A DNA stretch of 64,000 nt from positions 69,162-133,161 of the forward strand of contig NIVC01002110.1 of NCBI GenBank assembly GCA_002269645.1, read 5' to 3'. The notes under the pieces are model-generated. The model ran no database searches, was not told where the DNA came from, and saw only the letters and a program-made list of their open reading frames with translations. Shown here piece after piece: positions 32,203-42,493 of the stretch (positions are counted from its first letter, which is position 1; each line of letters opens with the position of its first letter). A program made the translations under genes and the position numbers. The stretch comes from Macrostomum lignano. Lineage: Eukaryota.

Positions 32203-32574
32203 GTGCGCCTCGATGGGGTTGTTAATTAGTTTCGAGATAAACCAATAGTATTTGGTCTATGAACTGCTCATTTTCTTCTTTCTGAGCTTCTGAGGATTGA
32301 ATTAATCTTATATGTCGGCGTGAAATAAAAGATCACAAAAATCGATTTATTTTTAACCGCCCCCCTCTCTTTCCTCCCTCCACACTTTATTCTTAATATG
32401 AATTTTGTCTATGGTTAGAAGCCCCCACACCCCCAGCAGGGGCTCTGCCCCCGCACCCCCGCTAGCAGCCGCTGTCGAATAGATGGAATACTCTTCAAAA
32501 ATAATCAGTGAAGGGGGAGAATGGCTCTAATAAGAATGAAATTCATGAACGCTTACTCGTGCGTCTATGGCAGT

Positions 32575-32806
32575 CGTGCAGGAATGAAATAATCTATGGC
32601 CAAATCTCCACTGTTTTACACATGGACTTCGTGCAGGAATGAAATAATCTATGGCCAAATCTCCACTGTTTTACACATGGACTTCGTGCAGGAATGAAAT
32701 AATCTATGGCCAAATCTCCACTGTTTTACACATGGACTTCGTGCAGGAATGAAATAATCTATGGCCAAATCTCCACTGTTTTACACATGGACTTCGTGCA
32801 GGAATG
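32575..32806. repeat. 55-bp tandem repeat (about 4.2 copies) carrying CGTGCAGGAATG
   Basis: CGTGCAGG at 32575, 32630, 32685, 32740 and 32795. Confidence 0.93.
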
Positions 32807-32816
32807 ACACTCTCCG

Positions 32817-34660
32817 TTCCTGCACGCAAACAATTTATTTATATGTATTTGATTATTTAGTTGTATTTATTCAATAACCTTAACAAAACTTAACATGAAA
32901 AAGACTAATTAGGATTGCAAATATATAAACTGCACCAAATAAGACAGCAAGCAAAAATGTAGGGGGGGGGGGGGCTCAACAGCAAAAATGTTGTGTTCGG
33001 CAACAAATTAAGGAGTCACACAACCTTACTCAAAAAAGAATTCCACTACGTTGCTGGAACCGTTGGCTACTATCCTCATCTTCTTAGCCGGACCGGCAAT
33101 TCGCAAATCGCAGGCGCCACTCGAAAATTGTTTGGCCGGTGCCTCAGTTGCGGTTGGATGTTTGTCGCTACAGCCTCCCAGTGCTGGTGGCGCACGACCG
33201 GCGAGAGACTCAGTCAGCTGGCTGCTCATCTTGGCAAGAATGCTGTCTCTCTTTTTTCCCTGTCTGATGTACCGCTCCACTGAGGCGCTCGCCTGTTTCA
33301 AATATTTAAGAAGGATGCAAGAGAGAGTATATAGAAAAAATCTTTTAAAGCATTTAATTGTGCGGCTTAAGATAGACAAGAAAATACAGAAATAGCACGT
33401 AGAAATTACCTTGTGTCCAGTCACCTTGGCGATAGTCTCTGTCGAATATCCAGCTTCGTGGAGCTCAGTGACTACAGTGAGTCGAACACAGTGCGCCGTA
33501 TAGCTTCTCGACAGCCCGGCACTGGAAGATATCCGCTTAAGCATTGGTCCAAGCGTATTGATTCCGATTGCCTGTTTCGTATACCACAGGCCATTCGAGC
33601 CAACCAGCTGCTTCGGTCGCAGAAAAAAGTCCGAACTGTTCCATCCAGGCACTGCTTCGATCTTCCGCAAATACATGCGAAAGGCTTCAACGGGACACGA
33701 TTTCTGATCGGACCCGGCCACCATGATTTCTTGCTTTGGGTCGTCGCTCTGCCTCAAATCCGTTGATCCATGGACAGTTTTACTGGTTCCAACTTGAAGC
33801 ACGATGGCCACTCGTCTCTCAGCCAGACGCTTCTCAGAAAACGACTTTGCAGTCAGTCCTCTGAGCCATTCGCGGCCCCGGTTACCAAAATAATATAGAA
33901 TACTGAAATACACTTCATCCTGAAGTTTGGTTGGACTGCTCCGATCGAAGTAGGTGTGCAGTTTAGACAGGTCGTCTGTTTCAATGGCGGAGAAATGATT
34001 GATTCTTCCTCCAATACGCAGGAATTCGTTACAGGCATGTTTCAATGTCAGATTGGCCGAATGGAATTGCGGCAGAGAGATAATGTCCAAAGAGCGAAGC
34101 CTTATAAAGTGCCGATAAAGTCCGGCACGCATTCCCAACATTGTGTTGGGTGAATAGGATGAGCCGTCAGGCTTCTTCAGAGCGGCGTAAAAATACGCTC
34201 GTAACGAAGAAATTTCGCAAGCTGCTCAGGAGTCACGGTCTCAAAGTCAAGGTGAATGTTGTTCTCCCGCAAAAAATCTTGAAACCGAAGACACGAAGCT
34301 TTCTCCTTGGCAACGCTTGACTCGCACTGATTTTCTCGTTCCAGCTTAGCGGCCAAGCTTTCAAGTTCATCGATGTTGCACAAAGAATTCGGATCCACAG
34401 ACATCAGTTCGTCCAAAACTTTGCTTGTAACTCCTTCTTGCGAACAAGTGAGCTTGGCGATCTCCCGTTCGAATTTGCTGCTTACCGACTCGATAAACGT
34501 CTCCTCGGCGGACAATCCACAAACAGTCGCATACTGCATGTCGATTAGTGGAGCCGCCAAGTTTGAATTTATTACACTCGCCATTTTTAAAAGCACGAAC
34601 TTAAAAAGCATTTCTAGAGCTTAACTTCTTCTTCCCAGTCTAATTTCTTGCGTGCAGGAA
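32817..34660 (-). mobile_element. Crypton-type tyrosine-recombinase DNA transposon in SNX intron 2 (antisense)
   Basis: Bounded by perfect 13-bp inverted repeats TTCCTGCACGCAA (32817-32829) and TTGCGTGCAGGAA (34648-34660). Encodes a tyrosine recombinase (see CDS). AATAAA-like signals on the minus strand near 32835. Confidence 0.8.
33026..34584 (-). CDS. Crypton tyrosine recombinase (DUF3504/KCTD1/ZMYM-related family), one frameshift and one 117-bp intron
   Basis: Motifs FYAALKKPDGSSYSPNTMLGMRAGLYRH, YFGNRGRE (catalytic R), CPVEAFRMYL, YTKQAIGINTL, YTAHCVR (HxxR), TGHK (H) and VERY (Y). GT-AG intron at 33293-33409. Frame change near 34195-34205. Confidence 0.85.
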
Positions 34661-34669
34661 TGTGTGTTC

Positions 34670-34850
34670 TTTCTAAGAGTCATTATTGATGGTTCACTTT
34701 CCAAGAATCCTTATTAATGGTTCACTTTCCAAGAATCCTTATTGATGGTCTACTTTCTAAGAATCAGTATTGAGGGCTTACTTTCTAAGAATCATTATTG
34801 ATGGTTTACTTTCTAAGAATCATTATTGATGGTCTACTTTCTAAGAAAGA
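34670..34850. repeat. 28-bp minisatellite (TTCTAAGAATCATTATTGATGGTYTACT)
   Basis: About 6 copies immediately outside the Crypton 5' end. Confidence 0.88.
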
Positions 34851-35010
34851 ATCATCCGCAATCTTTTCGAAGAAATCGTCAAAAAATCACCCACATTCTC
34901 TTTCCAAAGAATTGAATGTCCTTTCAATTTCAAAGAATCAGTACTGCTTTCTAATTAGACTTGTAAAATTCCCTAGCTAACCCACTCCAACCGGCCCTCC
35001 CCCCAACCAG

Positions 35011-35466
35011 TGGTTCGAAGACAAGAACCAGGAGGTGCACCAGCTAGAAGAGCATCTGCGCCGGTTGCACAGCAGCATTGAGGCCCTAGTCAACCACCGG
35101 CGGGAGTACGGCTGCATGGCGGAGCAGTTCGCCGGCTCTGCTAATATGATTTCTAGCGTTGAAGAGAACACTAATCTGTCGTTTGCGTTCACTAAACTGG
35201 CGGAGACTGAGGAGCGAGTCGGCAGGCTGCAGATCGAACAGGCTGATTCGGACTATTACGGATTAGCCGAATTGCTGCATGACCATTTGGCCATGCTTGA
35301 GTCTGTTCGAGCCAGCCTGTACGAACGAGTTCGAGCCTATAAAACTTGGAAAGACGCCGAAATGGCGTTGACTAAGAAACGCGAAGAGAAAGTGCGGAAT
35401 GAACTTGGCGGCAAGGCTGACAAAGCGGCCGCTTGCGAGGCTGCTACTAGAGAATTGGAAGGCCAG
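35011..35466 (+). CDS. SNX2: Sorting nexin 1/2-like, exon 3 (BAR domain)
   Basis: ACCAG acceptor, then WFEDKNQEVHQLEEHLRRLHSSIEALVNHRRE...ELEGQ, then a GT donor. Phase 0 on both sides. Confidence 0.92.
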
Positions 35467-35544
35467 GTGTGTTTTTGGGAGCTAGTAACAAATTTTAGAG
35501 CAGTGGTAAGGACTGGTTTTAGTTGTAGATTTTGAAGAGAGAAG

Positions 35545-36491
35545 GTAGGATGTTGAGAGAGTAGGTAGATAGATTGTGACGGAAGTAGGTAGTGTTGAGG
35601 ATAAGGTAGAGTGAAAAGAGCAGGTAGAGTGTGAAGAGAGTAGGTAGTGTAAAGCGAGTAGGTAGAGAGTGAAGAGAGCAGGTAGAGAGTAAAAAGAGTA
35701 GGTATAGAGTGAAGAGAGTAGGTAGTGTGAAGAGAGCAGGTAGAGAGTGAAGAGAGCAGGTAGAGAGTGAAGAGGGTAGGTAGTGTGAAGAGAGCAGGTA
35801 GAGAGTGAAGAGGGTAGGTAGTGTGAAGAGAGCAGGTAGAGAGTGAAGAGGGTAGGTAGTGTGAAGAGAGCAGGTAGAGAGTGAAGAGGGTAGGTAGTGT
35901 GAAGAGAGTAGGTAGTGTGAAGAGAGCAGGTAGAGAGTGAAGAGGGTAGGTAGTGTGAAGAGAGCAGGTAGAGAGTGAAGAGGGTAGGTAGTGTGAAGAG
36001 AGCAGGTAGAGAGTGAAGAGGGTAGGTAGAGAGTGAAGAGAGCAGGTAGAGAGTGAAGAGGGTAGGTAGAGAGTGAAGAGAGCAGGTAGAGAGTGAAGAG
36101 AGCAGGTAGAGAGTGAAGAGAGCAGGTAGAGAGTGAAGAGAGCAGGTAGAGAGTGAAGAGAGCAGGTAGAGAGTGAAGAGAGCAGGTAGAGAGTGAAGAG
36201 AGCAGGTAGAGAGTGAAGAGAGCAGGTAGAGACTGAAGAGAGCAGGTAGAGAGTGAAGAGAGCAGGTAGAGAGTGAAGAGAGCAGGTAGAGAGTGAAGAG
36301 AGCAGGTAGAGAGTGAAGAGAGCAGGTATAGAGTGAAGAGAGCAGGTAGAGAGTGAAGAGAGCAGGTAGAGACTGAAGAGAGCAGGTAGAGAGTGAAGAG
36401 AGCAGGTAGAGACTGAAGAGAGCAGGTAGAGACTGAAGAGAGCAGGTAGAGACTGAAGAGAGCAGGTAGAGACTGAAGAGAGCAGGTAGAG
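35545..36491. repeat. 20-bp minisatellite filling SNX intron 3 (GTAGAGAGTGAAGAGAGCAG)
   Basis: Directly visible. Confidence 0.96.
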
Positions 36492-36573
36492 GTGAATGGG
36501 ATTAGAATAGGGAACGACAAATGTACTTACGTTCACCAACCCAGCCATCAATGCCCCTCTAAATATGGTTAAG

Positions 36574-36771
36574 GTGGAACGCGGCCAAGAGGCATTTGAC
36601 AAGATCTCTGCCACGGTGCGTAGCGAACTTGAGCGCTACGATCTCCGGCGTGGCTACGAGCTGAAGACGGCAATCGTGGCGAGTCTGGAGCACCAGCTGC
36701 GGCAGCAGCAGTGCGTACTGGAGGCCTGGGAGGCCTACCTACCCGAGGCTAAACGGATTCTAGCCGCTTAA
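36574..36771 (+). CDS. SNX2: Sorting nexin 1/2-like, exon 4 (terminal)
   Basis: VERGQEAFDKISATVRSELERY...WEAYLPEAKRILAA*, matching the SNX1/2 C-terminus WExFLPEAK. The four exons total 1455 nt = 484 aa plus stop. Confidence 0.92.
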   Translation: MERGQEAFDKISATVRSELERYDLRRGYELKTAIVASLEHQLRQQQCVLEAWEAYLPEAKRILAA

Positions 36772-36969
36772 GTATGTATGTAAGAAAATAAACTTTTTAT
36801 TGACTATTCTACTCTATATTTAATTGAAATAAATTAACGATTTACATGAATATTAATGATGTACTCATTCTAAGGAGTCCTATTCCTGTTGATGATGATT
36901 ATTAAATCATTGTATATATTTTCCAAGCCAATTGAGCCCTAGGAAGCAAGCAATTTAATCCCTAGTTGG

Positions 36970-37235
36970 GAGAATCAGGCTATTGTAGGCTGGCTTTTCA
37001 TTGTCTATGGCCCAACTGGGGGTCTGTGGCGCAAATAATTCCTTAGTTTGGTCCTTAGAATCAGGCTATTGTAGATTGGCTTTTTATTGTCTATGGTCCA
37101 ACCTGGTCCTTAGAATGAAGCTATTGTAGACTGGCATTTCATTGTCTATGGTCCAAGCTGGTCCTTAGAATGAAGCTATTGTAGACTGGCTTTTCATTGT
37201 CTATGGTCCCACCTGGTCTTTAGAATGAAGCTATA
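36970..37235. repeat. 55-bp tandem repeat (about 4-5 copies)
   Basis: GTCCTTAGAAT-like starts at 37051, 37106, 37161 and 37216. Confidence 0.85.
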
Positions 37236-38119
37236 GAGATTTAAATTCAATCTGTCCCCTAGGGGTCAAATTGGCTTGGAAAATGCCTATAGTACCTATA
37301 GTGATGCATTGAGTTTATTCCAGATAATTTCATACAGTTTAAAAGTCTATCAATGTTATCAATAATGTCTCGATCTATCAACCAATTTCTTTGCGTTTTT
37401 GTCGTCGATTCAAATTTAAATTAAAAAAAGAACGATATAATAAGTAATTATTACTTACTACTTGATTGTGAGTAGGCAGATAAGAATTTTTCGTCGATCT
37501 GTGATTAATGTTGATTCAAATGCGCCCACTATGGTGTCCCTGTTTATTTTGTGTGCATGTCTTTTGCAATAAATTTCCCAAGCTTTAAAATGGCGTTGAT
37601 AATAGGCCTAATTAAAATTGATTGTCTTCTAAATGACGTAATTGATTACTACTTAACAGTAGCAGCAAAAACTTATCTCTTGTTCTTGAGCTTCGTGTGC
37701 CTGCGTTGCTCTGTTTCCAGGGGAATTAATTCCCTTAAGTTACGATTATGAGTCATTTAAACAAATATAATTAATAGAGAAGTTGTTGCTTCGTTGCTGA
37801 AATTGTAACGCTTTTGATTTTTTCTATATAATATTATATAGTCGAAAACAATCTATATGCAGTGTGTATTTATATATTAATAAAATAATAAACATGAACC
37901 CGCATCATGCAAGTTCGTTTCTGCCTAATAAATTCCTACCATCCATATAAGTTTCGTTTCGTATCTATTGAACGTTTATAAATATCTATATATTTGTCAA
38001 ATTGTGACTTGTATTCGGTTTATAATTTAATTGAGATCAAAGTACGGTACTGTGTGTACTTAATTAGTTATTTTGTTTCTCTAGCAGTAGCAGTATTGGC
38101 TCTGCTGTACATCTGGCAC

Positions 38120-38400
38120 ATTCTAGTCACTCTGGCTACTGATTCTGGTCACTCTAGCCACTGATTCTGGTCACTCTGGCCACTGATTCTAGTCACTCTG
38201 GTCACTGATTTTAGTCACTCTGGCCACTGATTCTAGTCACTCTGGCCACTGATTCTAGTCACTCTGGTCACTGATTTTAGTCACTCTGGCCACTGATTCT
38301 AGTCACTCTGGCCACTGATTCTAGTCACTCTGGTCACTGATTCTAGTCACTGTGATCACTGATTATAGTCACTCTGGCCACTAATTCTAGTCACTCTGAC
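38120..38400. repeat. 22-bp minisatellite (CTAGTCACTCTGGCCACTGATT)
   Basis: CTGATT at 38161, 38183 and 38205. Confidence 0.92.
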
Positions 38401-38787
38401 ACCAACATACGTGAAAAGAATAACAGGTAATTTGAAAGAGTTTCAAGTCATAAAATATAGAATAATCTAGCTAAATGTATTTATCTGTTAGTACAAAATT
38501 CTAGAAACGAGTGCAAAACGATTGACACTATCAATCCTAAATTATGAACTAATTTGCATATTTACTATTATTCGATAATACACGTACGCTCGTATACAAC
38601 GCATTTCTATAGGCTTAAAAACAATTCTAAAAGTTTTAGTTTTTGCTATAATACTACTTATATTAAGTGCTATAATGTATGGATACTTGCAGTAGCTAGA
38701 ACTACATGGAAGATTCGTGTGTCCCTATGTCCGTGTCCAGCGGGTAATTATTAAAGTTCACACAGTCGATTCTGTCATATTAATAAA

Positions 38788-39153
38788 TCATAAGCAGCGC
38801 CGTCGGGCCTTGAAGTACCAATCGGGGCATTTGTTATACTTCCACAGGCCGTAGTTGTATCCGCGCAGGTATTCCGAATAATACCTTGGATAAAGTTCGT
38901 AGGGATAATAGTAGTATCTAGGCCAGTAGTAGGGAGGCGGATAGCGACTGTAGCAGCCGATAAAGTCCCGGTGATCAGCGACCCGGTGCTCCAGGTAGTA
39001 GGGCCAATACCGGTAGGAGTAGTAATGCTCAGTGCAACAGTGCGGGTAGCCGCGCATGCTGCATTTGCACCGCTCCTTGGCCACCGAGTGACGGAAGTCA
39101 GTCTCAGTCAACAGGCGATCTAGCGAGGCCGAACGATACAGATTACTTGTCAT
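38788..39153 (-). CDS. Small Tyr-rich protein (121 aa, 25 Tyr), single exon, function unknown
   Basis: A GC-rich, non-repetitive island coincides exactly with the ORF, from an ATG (TAAGATGA context) to TGA, in AT-rich flanks. Codon usage resembles the host genes. Confidence 0.7.
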   Translation of the reverse strand: MTSNLYRSASLDRLLTETDFRHSVAKERCKCSMRGYPHCCTEHYYSYRYWPYYLEHRVADHRDFIGCYSRYPPPYYWPRYYYYPYELYPRYYSEYLRGYNYGLWKYNKCPDWYFKARRRCL

Positions 39154-39656
39154 CTTAAATTCTCTTTGATAGAAGACTGCTGCTGCAGTGTTGGAGCTTT
39201 AGTAAAAGCAGAAGGATCTATTAAAGTATTGTGAGGGGCGACTGCCTTATTAATACTCTGCTGGCGTGCAGTGCAAGACACCCTTAGCTGCCTTTCCTGC
39301 CCTCTCCTCTGTGGTCTTGAGGAGATTCTGCAAACGGGGGGTATGAAAGTTTGAAGCTCTCTGAGAGTTGATAAAACTATGCGCATAATTCTTTTCTATA
39401 TGCTGTAAGCTGTTCATTGCGCCTGCTATATAGATTGCGTAGAGTAGGTAGCCCCGCCTGTCAGTAGGGCATCAAATAAGACTGCAGGGTAAAATGATGG
39501 AGTATATCAGATTTATTTATTAATTGTACAGTGTTTTTGCACTAGCTGTACAGCTTACTGTAGGCGTTGAAGGGCACGCCCCCACTGCACTGAGGATGTC
39601 TATGGCCCAAAAGCTGACTCTTGATCGTCCGTGCGAAATCTGCGCTTCACTGGGCT

Positions 39657-39785
39657 GTGGCGCCCCTTGGTGCTAGCGCCCCGGCCTTGGTGCTACAAGG
39701 CGCCCCTTGGTGCTGCAGGGCGCCCCTTGGTGCTGCATGGCGCCCTTTGGTGTTGCTAGGGCGCCCCTTGCAGATGCTAGGCGCT
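39657..39785. repeat. Short degenerate array of GGCGCCCCTTGGTGCT-type repeats
   Basis: Same core as the 16-bp array at 41658-42493. Confidence 0.7.
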
Positions 39786-40929
39786 CGATCCTTCAACGCT
39801 CTGGCTACAGTCCACATTTTAGCTTGTTCTAGCCATACCATTTACCAGAGTTACATGTACTAATACATGTACATGTAGGCCCAGATAAGTATATGCATTT
39901 TAAGTCTATTTAATTAAATTAAAAGATTATATTTTAGCATCGCGTTTATAAACCAACCAAGTAAGTACAAAACACTATCGTAGACCTTTCTGTTCTGTCT
40001 TCTCTGTACTCCAAAGGACTCGCTTTTTAAGCTCCATTGTTTCTAGGAAATATCAGGTTACACACGCACAGCTGCAGAGAGGGCAGCTAGCAGTAGCCTA
40101 GTTGAGTTAAGGCAAACACAAACTCACTGGATGAAAAACCAGTTAGATCTTTCATTGCTTGCAGAAACTATAGGAGAGAGAAGTGGTCCTCCTCTTTGTA
40201 TGCTGTTGCTGTCTCTTTTGCAGTTGTGTGTGCGCAAGAGACCCAATCTTGCACGGCGAAAGGACGAGAAATGATGCGACTGTCGTAGAGAAGTTCGCGG
40301 CGAGACTGTGCTCAATTATGCTGTTCTTACAACTTAAAGCACGTGACCATGGTTGGCTAGCAAACAATTAACAATCCAAGGGCAGAATTTTTAAGCAACC
40401 TATGCTTGTGAATTAAATAAATTCTATATTTTTCCTATATTAGATTAAAGCATACTAATACGAGTACAGTGGAATTATTATATCATTAAATTTACTACTA
40501 TTATTATGACAAAAACCTCAAATAAATTACGTTGATAAAAATCTATCGATGCTACCTACTATTAGTAAGTCAGTGTTGTAAAAATGACGTGTTGGTATGG
40601 CATGGGTAATCGTAAAAAAACAAAACGAAAAATGAAGGAGATTTTAGAAGCTTCAATTTGACGAATGTTCCGACGGCAAAATAGGAATAGCGAAGAAATG
40701 TGCAGAAGTTTTCAACAAGCAAAGTACTTTTATAACAAGAAAACTTATCGTTTAACAAAGTTGATCCTAGCGCTCCATAAAAAACAACAAAACTGACAAG
40801 ATTAATAAACTAAACAATAAAAACTATCTGCGTTTAAACACTGAGATCTGATTGAGAACATAGTAACTTTGGATTATTTAACCGACAAGGCGCTGGTCAT
40901 CTAAAATAGAAAAACCTATCTAAGCAATC

Positions 40930-41270
40930 AGAGTTATCTCCCCAACCAATCAGAGCGTCACCCCCAAACCAATCAGAGAGTCACCTCCACAGCGAATCAG
41001 AGAGTCATCTCCCCAACCAATCAGAGAGTCATCTCCCCAACCAATCAGAGAGTCATCTCCCCAACCAATCAGAGAGTAATCTCCCCAACCAATCAGAGAG
41101 TCATCTCCCCAACCAATCAGAGAGTCATCTCCCCAACCAATCAGAGAGTCATCTCCCCAACCAATCAGATAGTCACCTCCACAGCCAATCAGAGAGTCAT
41201 CTCCCCAACCAATCAGAGAGTCATCTCCCCAACCAATCAGAGAGTCATCTCCCCAACCAATCCGAGACTG
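40930..41270. repeat. 24-bp minisatellite (CTCCCCAACCAATCAGAGAGTCAT)
   Basis: Translates as GDDSLIGW repeats. The same family occurs at 60565-61110. Confidence 0.95.
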
Positions 41271-41660
41271 GGCAGCCGCTAGTATCCAGCTGAGCACAGG
41301 TTGGCCTTCTTGACCTTCTTGGTCCTGTGCTCATAGAACAGTCCGATGCGAAGCCTTTGTGCGAGACTCAGCGGCTCCTTGCTGCGGGTGCTCAGGCTAT
41401 ACAATTATCGCTATACAATGATATTTATTATTGACTCTAGTGCTTACTACTGCGAGTAAGATTAGCGCATGAGAGTAGCAATGTGACATTTTATGGCAGA
41501 TCTTGCCTGGTGTAGCAGATGCTCACAAAATTAGTCATGCTTCTGCCGCAGAATCCCGGCTCCATCAGGCAAACTTGTAGACCAAGGATATTTGCAGAGC
41601 TTCTCCGATTCAACCGGAATGAGACCGTCAGGTAGCTTCTACAGTTCGTGTAGAGAGCTG
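41268..41660 (-). pseudogene. Deleted partial duplicate of the membrane-protein gene at 44-45.3 kb
   Basis: 41268-41310 matches 44214-44258, 41318-41398 matches 44588-44673, and about 41503-41655 matches about 45174-45325. The intervening sequence is lost. Confidence 0.8.
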
Positions 41661-42493
41661 GCGCCCCTTGGTGCTGGCGCCCCTTGGTGCTGGCGCCCCT
41701 TGGTGCTGGCGCCCCTTGGTGCTGGCGCCCCTTGGTGCTGGCGCCCCTTGGTGCTGGCGCCCCTTGGTGCTGGCGCCCTTGGTGCTGGCGCCCCTTGGTG
41801 CTGGCGCCCCTTGGTGCTGGCGCCCCTTGGTGCTGGCGCCCCTTGGTGCTGGCGCCCCTTGGTGCTGGCGCCCCTTGGTGCTGGCGCCCCTTGGTGCTGG
41901 CGCCCCTTGGTGCTGGCGCCCCTTGGTGCTAAAGCCCCTTGGTGCTAAAGCCCCTTGGTGCTAAAGCCCCTTGGTGCTAAAGCCCCTTGGTGCTAAAGCC
42001 CCTTGGTGCTAAAGCCCCTTGGTGCTAAAGCCCCTTGGTGCTAAAGCCCCTTGGTGCTAAAGCCCCTTGGTGCTAAAGCCCCTTGGTGCTAAAGCCCCTT
42101 GGTGCTAAAGCCCCTTGGTGCTAAAGCCCCTTGGTGCTAAAGCCCCTTGGTGCTAAAGCCCCTTGGTGCTAAAGCCCCTTGGTGCTAAAGCCCCTTGGTG
42201 CTAAAGCCCCTTGGTGCTAAAGCCCCTTGGTGCTAAAGCCCCTTGGTGCTAAAGCCCCTTGGTGCTAAAGCCCCTTGGTGCTAAAGCCCCTTGGTGCTAA
42301 AGCCCCTTGGTGCTAAAGCCCCTTGGTGCTAAAGCCCCTTGGTGCTAAAGCCCCTTGGTGCTAAAGCCCCTTGGTGCTAAAGCCCCTTGGTGCTAAAGCC
42401 CCTTGGTGCTAAAGCCCCTTGGTGCTAAAGCCCCTTGGTGCTAAAGCCCCTTGGTGCTAAAGCCCCTTGGTGCTAAAGCCCCTTGGTGCTAAA
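41658..42493. repeat. 16-bp minisatellite in two homogeneous blocks (GGCGCCCCTTGGTGCT then AAAGCCCCTTGGTGCT)
   Basis: Period 16, with an abrupt variant switch at about 41930. Confidence 0.97.
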
